A DNA stretch of 60,280 bases, filler included, from Jimgerdemannia flammicorona (lineage: Eukaryota), in the NCBI GenBank assembly GCA_003990765.1. It is 2 parts of 2 records of this genome, joined end to end, with 100 filler letters (N's around TTAATTAATTAA, not from the genome) between each part and the next. Parts side by side here need not be neighbours in the genome. Positions count along the whole stretch, not along the records: positions 30,207 to 60,280 come from RBNJ01000455.1; 1 more part is not named here. The stretch is one strand, 5' to 3'. Made by a program: the position numbers and the translations under genes. Position 1 is the stretch's first letter; every line of letters begins with the position of its first letter. This document shows positions 49,846 through 60,280 of the stretch, piece after piece. The notes under the pieces were generated by a model, which saw only the letters and a program-made list of their open reading frames with translations, was not told the origin of the DNA and searched no databases.

Positions 49846-52675
49846 TCATAAAATCACACAGCATATTTTCCTAGGTTTGACATCGCCATCGTGGGCCTGG
49901 TGATTAACAGGACTTCCCAGAGATGGTTCGTTGCCCGTGTTGGCTGCTCCCCGCCTCTGCTTTTCCTGGTCACGGTACTGGTCCTGTTGCTTAACTGGGC
50001 CCAATTTTTCCGGAGATGCGTCATTATCCATGTTTTTGGGTCCCGGCGGGATTAGTTGATTATCGTCCAGGCGCTGAGCTGGGGCCACATTTCCCAAAGA
50101 TGTCTCGGTAATCGTGTTGTCTGATTCCTTAGCTGGGGACCGATTTCCGAAAGATGGCTCGGTAATCGTGTTGCCTGAGCTTGGTTTCACTTCCTTAGCT
50201 GAAGCCCGATTTTCGAAAGATGTCTCGGTAATCGTGTTGCCTGAGCTCGGCTTTAGTTCCTTTGTTGCTGAGGCCTGATTTCCGAAAGATGTCTCGGTAA
50301 TCGTGTTGTCTGAGCTCGGCTTTAGTTCCTTTGATGCTGAGGCCTGATTTCCGAAAGATGTCTCGGTAATCGTGTTGCCTGAGCTCGGGTTTGCCTCCGT
50401 AACTGGGACACGATTTACGGATGATTTCTCGGTATTCGTGTTGCTCGACTTCGGATAGATCGTTGGCTCACGGTGCTCGTGATGGTTGTTAAGGGGTGCC
50501 GGATTTCCCACAGACGTCCCAGGATCCCTGTTGGCTGATACCGGAGACGTCGCAGTGCCTGGATGCTCCAATTCCAATGCCTTCCCCGCCAAACCGTTCA
50601 GCGCCTTTGTATGCGGGTGATCTTTCCCGAAAGTCAACTCCAATATTTCCAGAGCCCGCTTGTGCAGTTTGTCGGCCTCGTCGCATTTGCCCTGGTTTTT
50701 GTAGACTTGGGCCAGTTCGATCTGTGACATCGCAGTGTCCGGATGCTCAGATCCTAACACCTTCTCCCGGATTGTCAGGGCCCGTTGATGCAGCTTCTCA
50801 GCTTTAGTGAAATCGTTCTGACTGTAGTAAACTCCAGCGAGGTCATACAATGACATCGCGGTGTCCGGGTGGTCGGGGCCCCTCTTCTTCTCGAAGACCT
50901 CCAGCGCTCGTTTGTGATGCTTTTTAGCCTTGCCGTGCTCACCCCGCCTCATATATAGCTTGCCCAGATGATTCATTGAAGTAGCGGTGTCCGGGCCATT
51001 TATTCCAAACTCTATTTCGCGAATGCCCAGCGCCTCGTTTTGTACCCGCATCGCTTCGTCGTAGTTGCCGAGGCCTTCGTAAATCACGGCGAGGTGGTAC
51101 AGTGATATCGCGGTATCCGGGTGATCTTGCCGGTTAACCATGTTTGAAACCTCAAGTGAGAGAAGTGCTAGTTCCTCTGCTTCCGAATACGCTCCGTTAC
51201 CCCGAAGATAATCAACTGCTCGGATGAGTAGGTTGTGGAGGTCTTTGGACTTGAGCGGTTTCCGGCTGAGGTCAAGCCATGTGACAAAATGTTGTATGTG
51301 GGAAAGATACGTTTCCATGATCACTCGGGTCGGAGGATCGTATGGATTTAACGAATTAAATGATTTCGTCTCGTTGTTAAGGGCGGTGGCAATATTTTTA
51401 GCCCATTGCAGTTTCTTTTTGTCTTCCATCGAATCGTAGATGGCCTTCTGGACCAATCGGTCAATTGTCAGGAAATAGCGCCGTGGGTCCTCTTTGGAGT
51501 CTTTGACTTCCTTTTTCTGTCTGGTCACGAAGGAATAATTGGCCAGCAAGGCAAAGGCTTTTTGTACGGATTCCAACGGCTGGTCCTCGTCCTGCTTGTT
51601 TGCTGACAAAGAAGCGCGAAGTCCAAGAATAGAATATTGTTTTTCGAAAAGGCGCATAGGAATGTTATCTGGTTGGAGAAAGACGCAGGCTTCAAGGATC
51701 TGCGCCGCTGCGGGATTTTGTTTTTTAATGCGTTCGAGGGAGACCTCCCAGACTGTAGCGAGCGAGTGTTTGTTCAGACCAATGCCGTTTTTGTCGTCAT
51801 TTCGGAACAGACTTTCCTGCTTCGTCATCAACTTGTCCGCATAATCTCGAAGGGTGATATCCGAGGTCTCAATGTATGCTCGTGCGAGATGGAGTGCGAA
51901 CGGCATGCAATCGAGCTGGGTGATGATCTCTTTTGCAATATTTAATTCTTCGTTAACCGAATCCATTGTCGAACCGTCGAGCAACATAGCGATTGCTTCG
52001 TCATGTTTCATCTTGTCGACTTTGATCACTTTTGCCACCTCAGAAGGGATGGGTTCACGCGTGGTTAGGATGATGTGGCCACCGATGCGGGGCAAATACT
52101 TGAACACCTCCGTGTCTGTGTCGTAATTGACGTTGTCCAGAAGGAGCAACCATCCTTCATTTTTCTCAAGCCAATCGCGAACCCCTTCGATGATCTTCTC
52201 TCCTGAGGTTTTCTCCGCTGCGATGTCCTCGCCGGGGCTCAGATTGATGGCCAGTTTGTGAAACGAATCAACCGTCGTACGCCAGTCGCCAACCTCCAGC
52301 CAGAAAGCGTATTTGTATGATTGGAAGTGGATGTAGCAGTAATGAAGCATCAACTGAGTCTTGCCAATGCCTCCCATTCCTTTGAGCGCCAAAATTCCGC
52401 ATGGGCCTGGCAAGGGGCTTTTGTCCAGCTCGGTCTTCATATTTTCCAGGATTTGTGGGCGTTCGACGAATGCCAAGTTCCGAGCAGGGACGCCGTAGAA
52501 TTTATTTTTGACAGTTACTTTGACTTTGATGTGTTGAGAGGAGTAGATGATTGCGACGTTTTAATATTATACAGAGCGGTATTGAAGAGTTTTAGAGACC
52601 GTGAAACCGAGGAGGCAATCTCATGTAGAACTTACGATTGCGAGAAGACTTTCTTTTTCTCTTGTTGGTGTCCAT
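49846..52675 (-). CDS. NB-ARC-TPR NLR-like protein with repeat tail and C-terminal CaaX box; predicted exons 52675-52636 and ~52523-49846 (~905 aa)
   Basis: Walker A GMGGIGKT, Walker B WLLLLDNV, IILTTRE, GLPL-like CMPFAL, 4-5 HPDTA TPRs, and end KPRKICCVIL*. An in-frame stop upstream of VPARN requires splicing; ATG 52675 plus a GTAAGT donor at 52635 and an AAG acceptor give the correct phase. Confidence 0.88.
50095..50450 (-). repeat. Coding ~69-bp tandem repeat (PSSGNTITETSFGNQASASKELK)x5-6
   Basis: GATGTCTCGGTAATCGTGTTGCCTGAGCTCGG units on the + strand. Confidence 0.9.
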
Positions 52676-55121
52676 GACGTTTGTAGTCTTCTATCAAAGT
52701 TCGCAGACGAGGAGCTCGTTCGCAAGTTTTAGTCTCGGTATTTTGTTACTGTACACTCAATTGACCTCCGCACCGCAGGCCAGATTTCGCGCGTCTCCAA
52801 ATCGGCGTTTTAAAACTCAGCACTGACTGCGGGCTCTTCCTTGCCTTAAAGTGGTACTCGGTGGTTGCACCGGAACCGGAATGGCGCAGTTACATCATGG
52901 GACATTATCGCTAAAGCCAAGATTTCTATGGTGCCGACCAGCCGTTGTCAATTTTGGGTATGATTGATGGCTTTAGCCCACACTCCGGCGGGACGTACGT
53001 TTCTATTTCATTTTCTCCAGTTTTAATTGATCGTGCGTCCCTAAGCATATCGCAACCGCCGAACGTGAAAAGCGCGTCAATATTACCGGCACTTGTCGAA
53101 TCCCTCTTCCGTTCCCGTTGTCATTCCAAACTTTTTTGCAAACGTGATGTTGAGCACGAACCATGATACAAATTTGACAATTTTTTTTTTATGCACACAA
53201 ACATCTGCTCCGGATTCTACCATTTAATATCTCTGTACGACTGACATGTATTTTACTCCGAGAAGAAACACGTCGTGGAAAGGGCCTCGGCCTGCTTTGT
53301 CGACGTAAACAATTTGACATTATTGCAGTGATGCAAACGGACTGATACCCAACGTGATGTCGGTCGAAGAAATAATAAAAAAAAAAGTGATATAACAAAT
53401 AAGTGCGTTCAAATCCAACCGATATTATCTTCCAATGAATAAGATGCTTTTGCATTGAACACACTCAAATCACGAAATACTGGTCTAAATATTAACTAAT
53501 AATTCACTAGATAACTTATGGCGGTTTACATGACCGGTTTGTTCAAGTAGTAATTATGTGAAAGATTTTTTGACGTCTCTAATCAAGATGGACGATAGGG
53601 TGTGGCTGAGTTTGACTGCCATATTTATATATACATCTTTACCGTTTTGTGGGGGTCAACGTGCATCCTCTGTATCGACAAAGTAAAAGGGCCCTATTTT
53701 CTCACTTGGTTTCCGCCTAGCGGCAATAGCACTATGGATCTTCTTGCTGGCGGCTCCACTCTCGAGACCATGGACGGTTAATAAAAGAATCTCCTAAAAA
53801 AAAAAAAATAGCTGCATATTGATCGTGTGCGACGATCGATCCATGTCATTTTGTGACACGAAATTGCCAGTGCATGCCGTATTATGATCCGGAATTTACC
53901 GGTTTGGTTCTAACCCGAAATCGTCATTTCGGGGGGGTTCGAGTCAATTTGAACGCCACCGTCCATCACGTTGTCTTCTTTACGCCACAGGAACATAGTT
54001 CAGTAATTGGAGTAATTGCAGTTCTTAATAGTGCAGCATTACTAGTAAAATCCCTAAGACCAGCGTCATGATAGAACCTCTGGCAACCTCTTACGCACTT
54101 GTTATCTCTTATTCTTTCTGAGTGGATACCGAACTGGTGTTTATTGCTACGGGTATAAACCCATTATACTGTTTGCTCTATCACTTCTCTGTTCAAGTGT
54201 TGTGCGTCCGATCAGTTACTTTGATAAATCTGCGCTCGGACTTCTGCTTTTGCATGGATATAGTCCTAAAATACCTGTTGCTGAGAATGGTCGCCATCTC
54301 TGAATATATTTGAACAATTCGTACCAACCTCTGTGGCTTACTACGCGGAAGCAAACGCAGACAATGCGAGGTGAATTGCATGATTGCAAACGTCGATATT
54401 ATTTACACCTTCACAAGTGTTAAGAAACCCATAACAATTTACCTCATTGAGAAGTCCATGTTTAATATAGCAAAACTGCAAAGGCAAACCATCCCAAACG
54501 GCTCGCGAATCTCCCTATTTTACCTCTTTACTCAATTTTCGACAATACCGATAAGACGCTTGGCGATTCCACGTGGTATTAGCTATATAAATGAATGCTT
54601 TTTGTGTATGCTGTAGCCAATACCGTCAATGGGCACACCGTTTGCTCCCATACTTGTAAACGTAACACAGGTAATGTGACAGGGAAATTTTTAAAATGGT
54701 ACCAATCCAGATAGGCCATAAGGTATATACTTTAATAAACTTCACCTCATATATGAAGTTATCCGCGGGCCATTACGAACACACGACTATTATAACCATT
54801 AAATGAATGGGCTTCGATGCAAAGATTACGAATTTCAGCAAGATTCTCGTATATTGTATACAATTATTTATTACGAGAGGACTGGCTAGCGCAAAATGGT
54901 AGATTTGTGCGCGGCGAATTACTGTGTAACGGAATAAGAGTGTGTCAAAATACCGGGAACAGTAACGAACCGACACACAAGGCGTTCCGAAATGGAAGAA
55001 ATTCATGTGTGCCAGACTTGTAAGCGAGTCTGGTGACAACGGCGTCCATACGAATACCGTCAGGATTTGGATGTGACAGAACTTAGCACAATCGTCTTCT
55101 CTCCAGCGTCCAACAAGCAAG

Positions 55122-55730
55122 ATGATGCTCTACAAGCTGAAAGTGCTCGGAGCGGCTGGTTCGGGCAAGGAGGACCTGGCCCTCATAATGATGGCGAACA
55201 TCTTTGACGAATCCTACAATGCAAACACCGAGGATTCGTATCGAAGGCAAGTGGTCATCGACAAACGACCGTGCGTGGTGGAAGTTATGGACATAAGCGC
55301 CGCAGAGGAGTACACTGCTCCGAGTGACCAAGATATCAGGGACGGTGACGGATTTCTCATCCTGTATTCCGTCGCCGATCGCTCCACCTTCGAGCAGGTT
55401 GAACGTTACTATGAGTATATAATTCGCGTCAGAGACGAAACCGTCCCGGTGATGCTGGTCGGTAACAACTGTGATAGAGTGGCGGAGCGCGAAGTGGCGA
55501 GAGAGGAAGGGATTGACATGGCCCGCCGAATCGGAAGTGATTTCATCGAGGCCTCCTACAGGGGTCGCCTCAACGTTGAGAGGTCCCTCTACACCGTTGT
55601 GCGAAGGATTAGAAAACATCGGGATGGCGATAACAAAGACGGTAACAAAGGCAGTAACAAAGGCGGTAACAAAGGCGAGAAAATGACGAGTGCGCGCGGC
55701 GCCGGGTGCAAGATGTGCAATGTACAATAA
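55122..55730 (+). CDS. Divergent intronless Ras-family protein (fungal Ras2/Mucor Ras3-like) with degenerate G-boxes, 202 aa
   Basis: Reads MMLYKL..LG..G.GK, EDSYRRQVVID..PCV.EV.D, EEYTA..DQ.IRDGDGF, VPVMLVGN.CD, EREV.REEG, NVERS.YTVVR; ends CKMCNVQ. Confidence 0.9.
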   Translation: MMLYKLKVLGAAGSGKEDLALIMMANIFDESYNANTEDSYRRQVVIDKRPCVVEVMDISAAEEYTAPSDQDIRDGDGFLILYSVADRSTFEQVERYYEYIIRVRDETVPVMLVGNNCDRVAEREVAREEGIDMARRIGSDFIEASYRGRLNVERSLYTVVRRIRKHRDGDNKDGNKGSNKGGNKGEKMTSARGAGCKMCNVQ

Positions 55731-56843
55731 TTTTGTAGGGGAAGGGAAATAGGTTGCCGTCTATGTATTTAATCATTAAATCGTAGAAATGGCATGTTAA
55801 TTTTCGTCACTTGTCTCTTTCGTGTTCGTAAACTTTTCACCGTCGTTTTAGTTCAATAATGGGACAGGTCAGGTTTAGTTAGAACTATTTCCAATATTTA
55901 TTGTTTGCATGTTGTATTGCATATTTTGCCGTTAAGGTCGCTTGAGAACACTCCTTTAAACACATTTACACCATGTGTTCCTGTTCTCCTTAATGCGATT
56001 TTTTGCTGTTGACTTGCTTGCGCAAAATCATTCATGGGGCTTTTAATAAACTTATTCAAAATACGTATTCATCGGATGTATTAATGCATTAAGGCAAAGA
56101 TAAATCATGACACAATACAACATGCATCAACGCCATTTTCCCATCTGCCATGTACAATCGAGCGCCTTCCTTTCTTTAACTGTCAATTCTGATATCCGTT
56201 CCTTGAAATCGAGCTAATATCTGGCCATCGAACCATTTGTATTTTTGACGCGTTTTATTGTCTATCATGACAACCAAAAGTATTATCAGGAATTTATTCA
56301 AGTCACCAAGAGTGATACAGTTGTCAATGATAAGACTAATATATAGTTCATCTGACCTTTAGAGTCAAAATAGATTAAATTGTAAAGTATAGTACCTGTG
56401 TGTGAACCAACTAACTATATTGCAACTAGTAACTTAGTGGTTTATGCTTGCATGTAGACGCTCAATATTTACATCATCAACACGTCATCAATAATTTGAA
56501 CGCGTAACTTGAGTATCAATAAAAACAATCCCCATTCTTCCAGGATTACTCCAGTAATTCCACTACAATTATAAATTATATTAAATTACAATCCTACAAT
56601 ATATTAATTAAATATATTCTAAAATTAAATATTGAAAATAAATATAATTAAATAATATATCTAATTAATTTAGATTTACAATGTAATGATTTGTTACATA
56701 GCAATAAGCCACTAGAAATTATGATGGAATTTCCAATGGAACTTATAATGGAATTTCCAATATAGTAGTTATATATCATATATAGTATAACTGTATATAG
56801 CTATATTCAGTATATCATATTTAGCAATAGTTCTAAATCTACA

Positions 56844-58621
56844 ATGGCCACAGGGGGATGACCTTTCTCCTGGGACATGGAGTACCACAAGGGGACCCCT
56901 TGTCACCCATATTGTATGCCCTTTCTCTAGAGCCTCTACTGGACAGAATTTGGCATCAGATTGGGGGTTTGGACATTTTAGAGATTAATTGGAAGGTGGG
57001 GCCTTTGCTGATGATATGGTGGTCAGGCTGGGCTCCTTGGTAGATGTGGGGGAGTTACAGAGGTCTGTGGAATGGTATGAGAGGAGTTCTGATGCTAAAC
57101 TAAACTGGTACAAATGTGAGACTCTGGTGCTGGGTGCTGGAATTATGGGTGGTAATGTCATTGGGACAGTGGTACTGGCTGGTGAACCAGTGTATTATTT
57201 GGGAATCTACTTCTTGGTGTTCAGATCTCATCTTTCCTGAGTATAGTGGGACTGACAACTTCTGGAGTAGGAAAATGTTCTGCTGTGGTGGGGAGGTTGG
57301 CATATATTACTAGCCGGAAGGGTGATGGTGCAGAATGTGTATTGGATGTTGAAGCTGTAATATGTGGGATATCATTTGAATTTCCCAACCTGGGTGATCA
57401 AGGGGCTGTTGAAGATAGCGAGGACATGGATCTGGGGAGGGCGGCAGAGTCAAGTGGGTTGGGAGGTGCTTACACTGCCCTTGGAAAGAGGTGGGCTGGG
57501 CTTAGTGGACTTTACTAAGCGGCTTCAGTGTTTGAGAGCTTAGTGGTTGTGAAGGGCGAGTGAGCTTAGGGGTCGAGAGTGGGTGCCACTTATATAGAGG
57601 TTGTGGGAGGTTCAGTACTCCCCATGTGGTGGCTCAGGTGATCTACTCATGATGGTGGCCATGAATGGGAGCAGGAGGATACAGTTTATGGGCTTCTGGT
57701 AGGGGGTGGTGGATGGCACTAAGAAAATTGGACTTCGGTGGTGAGGTGATGAAGCCGAGGAGAATTGGGGACTACAGATGTGGCGGTGGGACAGGCTTCT
57801 ACTGGGTGGTGTCCCAGTGGAGAACTTTCAGCTTGGCGAGGGTCTGGAGTGTCTGCGAGGCCTAGGTGGAGACCTGTGGCCCAAAGCCTGACAGAGGGTT
57901 GGAATTAGTGAGGAGTGGGATTGGAATGGACTCTGGCTTTGGAGCAAAAGGGTGAGGCAGTGGCTGCCCCCCAAGTTCTGGGTGGTGTGGTGGTATGTCC
58001 TATGGCAGAATGTGATATTGAACTATCAGTCTGGACACTTGGTGGCCAGTGGAGTATTCAAGTGTGAGGATTGTTTTGGTATTGGTCAGGAGGGAGGAGT
58101 GGTACAAATGCCTGAACATTGGCTTGGCGAGTGTGAAGTTTTGGAGGAGTTTTAGAGATATATTATAGACCAGGTAGGACTAGGTACCTTGGAGGGAAAG
58201 GAAGGGGGGAGATGGGGAGAGCTCCGCCAGCAGCTGGTGGGTGGGGTTGGAGATGAATGGCTGACCCTTGGTTGGGCTTTGGCTATGTGGGTTGGGTTAG
58301 CTGAGCATTGAGTTTATGTCTTCAAGGAAGGGTCATGGATTGGGGTTGGGGACAAGGTGGCATGTTGGGAATGGTTGCTATTGGACATTTTGAATAGCTG
58401 GTGGTGAGGTTGGGGGCTGGGTGGGGGGTACCATAGGGGCTTGGTGCAGTATATCTCCCAGAAGAGTGGTGGGAGGATTCGAGTAGTGGGTAACTAGGTG
58501 GTGCTTGGGTAGGAGAAGGTTGAGGGAGGAGGATTGGGTTCATGGGACATTGGTTGAGAGTAGGGATGACATTGTATTGTTAGAATTATAGACATTGGTA
58601 ATAAAGGGCAGTCCAAGGGAC

Positions 58622-58653
<32 letters not shown>
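56844..58653 (+). mobile_element. 5'-truncated Tx1/L1-like LINE (RT C-half to poly(A)) with ~15-bp TSD
   Basis: GVPQGDPLSP, GAFADDMVV, CEDC...EHWLGEC and poly(A) at 58625-58653. TSD core GTTCTAAATCTA at 56830-56841 and 58655-58666. Confidence 0.92.
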
Positions 58654-58655
<2 letters not shown>

Positions 58656-59820
58656 TTCTAAATCTATATAAATATTCTCTATACTAAGTATATTATAACC
58701 TCAGCTCTACTTTTCCCTCTTAAGAATAAAGAAGTATTCTTATTCAGAACTCTCAGACCCAACTTATTAATAATTCTAAGTCTGATTAACTTGGAATATA
58801 AGTATGGTATCTCTGCTAGTATAAAGAATTTGAAAGCAATACCTGGACTATATCTCTATAATAGATAGAAGGAACTTGGCACTTTCTCACAGAACTCAGA
58901 ACTTAAGATCAATAGTTATCTCTGATTATCTACAATATATTAACTCTATTAGTATATAGGTTTATTACAATTTGGTAGTAACAGAAGGTTTTCTCACCTA
59001 TATGTGATCTTCCTCAAGAATCTACTATAAATATAATCAAATCTCATAAGAATTCATTACTAATACTAATAGTGATAATTATGAAATATCTTCACTCTGG
59101 CTACTCCTCATAACTAAGCTGAAGAAGTCAATAGAATTATCACCAAGTAGACTGAGATCTATATTAGCTAAGAGAAATTTGATAAACTCAATAATAAAAC
59201 CATATAAGAAGTATTTGATATATTTATAATATATACTTAATAAAGAAATTACTAATATCAAAGATAATAAAGAGAGTTTGAAATATTAATCAGTAGCTAT
59301 TTTCATGAAAAATATATATGAGAATCTATCAAAGCTATAAGTGAATATTTTCAAAATTTTCTCTTTAATAATTATTACTAAAAAGCCAAAGCTTTTCTAA
59401 ACTATAAGAGATATTATACCAATTAAAAAAAATATTACCTCTACTATCAAGTTCTCTATATATAAGTAAAGATAATTCAATAATAAGGATTGTAAGCTAT
59501 CAGATCTAGTGAAGTCCTTACTATATTATTCTGATCTAGAAGAATAATTAAAAAAATATTTGAACCTAATACTGGTGGCCTTAGTACTACTATAAATCCA
59601 CTACTGAGAATATTAAGCCTACTGAGAATTACTGTAAAAGATCTAGTAGTAACTCTATAAAGACTACTAAGCTATAGACTGATTATTAAATTCTCTCATC
59701 TCAATAATATTATAGAAGAAACAACTACATATTATACTACTTTTATAGTAATAGTATCTGAAGAAGGATTACTATTACTCTATTATTCAGATAATGAAGA
59801 TAACAAAATAATATCTATAG

Positions 59821-60280
59821 TGTGACGTCTACAATTGACCCTATCCAAATTCAGAGTACCCTGTGACCACAAGATCAGACGACATTATGGTGCGATAACT
59901 GGTGACCAGCCCAATCTGTCAAGTGATTTCACCAAAAGAAGACAAGATGACCCAAGCCAAAATGAAGACCACGTTATTTAAAGAACCCTACTCCGCCTCA
60001 AGGATCAGCACCAAAGAACCAAGTACCCACCACACAATGCCTCCTATTCGCCGAACCAACCAGACCTCCCGCCGCTCTACCCCTTTGCCTGGCCCAAAGA
60101 CCCTGATCTTTGAAGCTATCAAGAAGGCCATCTGGTGCCCAGATACTTCCGAACACTTGAACTTCTACACTGAAGACCTTGGACACTTCATCAACTACCG
60201 GTATATAATGACCCAACAGCTCAAAGACACTACCAAACGAATGACCCTCTGGCATGACTATGAAATTGGACACCGCCTTC
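59821..60280 (+). mobile_element. Start of a young LTR (family C), running off the window
   Basis: Abrupt switch from AT-rich decayed DNA to CpG-containing DNA beginning TGTGAC. TATA-like TATTTAAA at ~59975, followed by an ORF homologous to the family-A LTR ORF. Confidence 0.65.
60037..60280 (+). CDS. Intact N-terminus of the LTR-encoded protein (partial, open to window end)
   Basis: MPPIRRTNQTSRRSTPLPGPKTLIFEAIKKAIWCPDTSEHLNFYTEDLGHFINYRYIMTQQLKDTTKRMTLWHDYEIGHRL has no stop. It is absent from the ORF track because it is unterminated. Confidence 0.72.
   Translation, partial: MPPIRRTNQTSRRSTPLPGPKTLIFEAIKKAIWCPDTSEHLNFYTEDLGHFINYRYIMTQQLKDTTKRMTLWHDYEIGHRL

Noticed and set aside
53925..53950. 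GGTTCGAGTC B-box/tRNA-like motif
   Set aside because: No T-stem pairing or cloverleaf around it.

Overview
Eukaryotic, almost certainly fungal, genomic DNA. GT-AG introns, NB-ARC-TPR NLRs and a Mucor-Ras3/Ras2-type gene suggest an early-diverging Mucoromycota-like host; that assignment is inference. About two thirds of the window is nested, mutation-riddled transposons: Tx1/L1-like LINEs (4 pieces), two full Ty3/gypsy elements (one carrying a dUTPase), a copia element, solo or partial LTRs and a hAT-like end. These are CpG-depleted and TpA-enriched, in sharp contrast to the CpG-rich gene islands. The islands hold an intronless secreted DUF6345-like gene of bacterial type with a caspase-clan-like His/Cys dyad, a partial TPR (NLR-like) gene with long repeat and fused C-terminal domains, an SDR pseudogene, a near effector-less NB-ARC-TPR NLR ending in a Ras-like CaaX box, and, head-to-head with it, an intronless Ras paralog with all five G-boxes altered. 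Two observations stand out. (1) A conserved ~290-aa protein is encoded inside the LTRs of two LTR families with no DNA similarity visible by eye, lying between a TATA-like box and an AATAAA signal. (2) A prenylatable NLR sits beside a prenylatable pseudo-Ras, suggesting a guard/decoy pair. An artificial scaffold gap lies at 30107-30206. All family calls come from motif recognition by eye; no searches were run.
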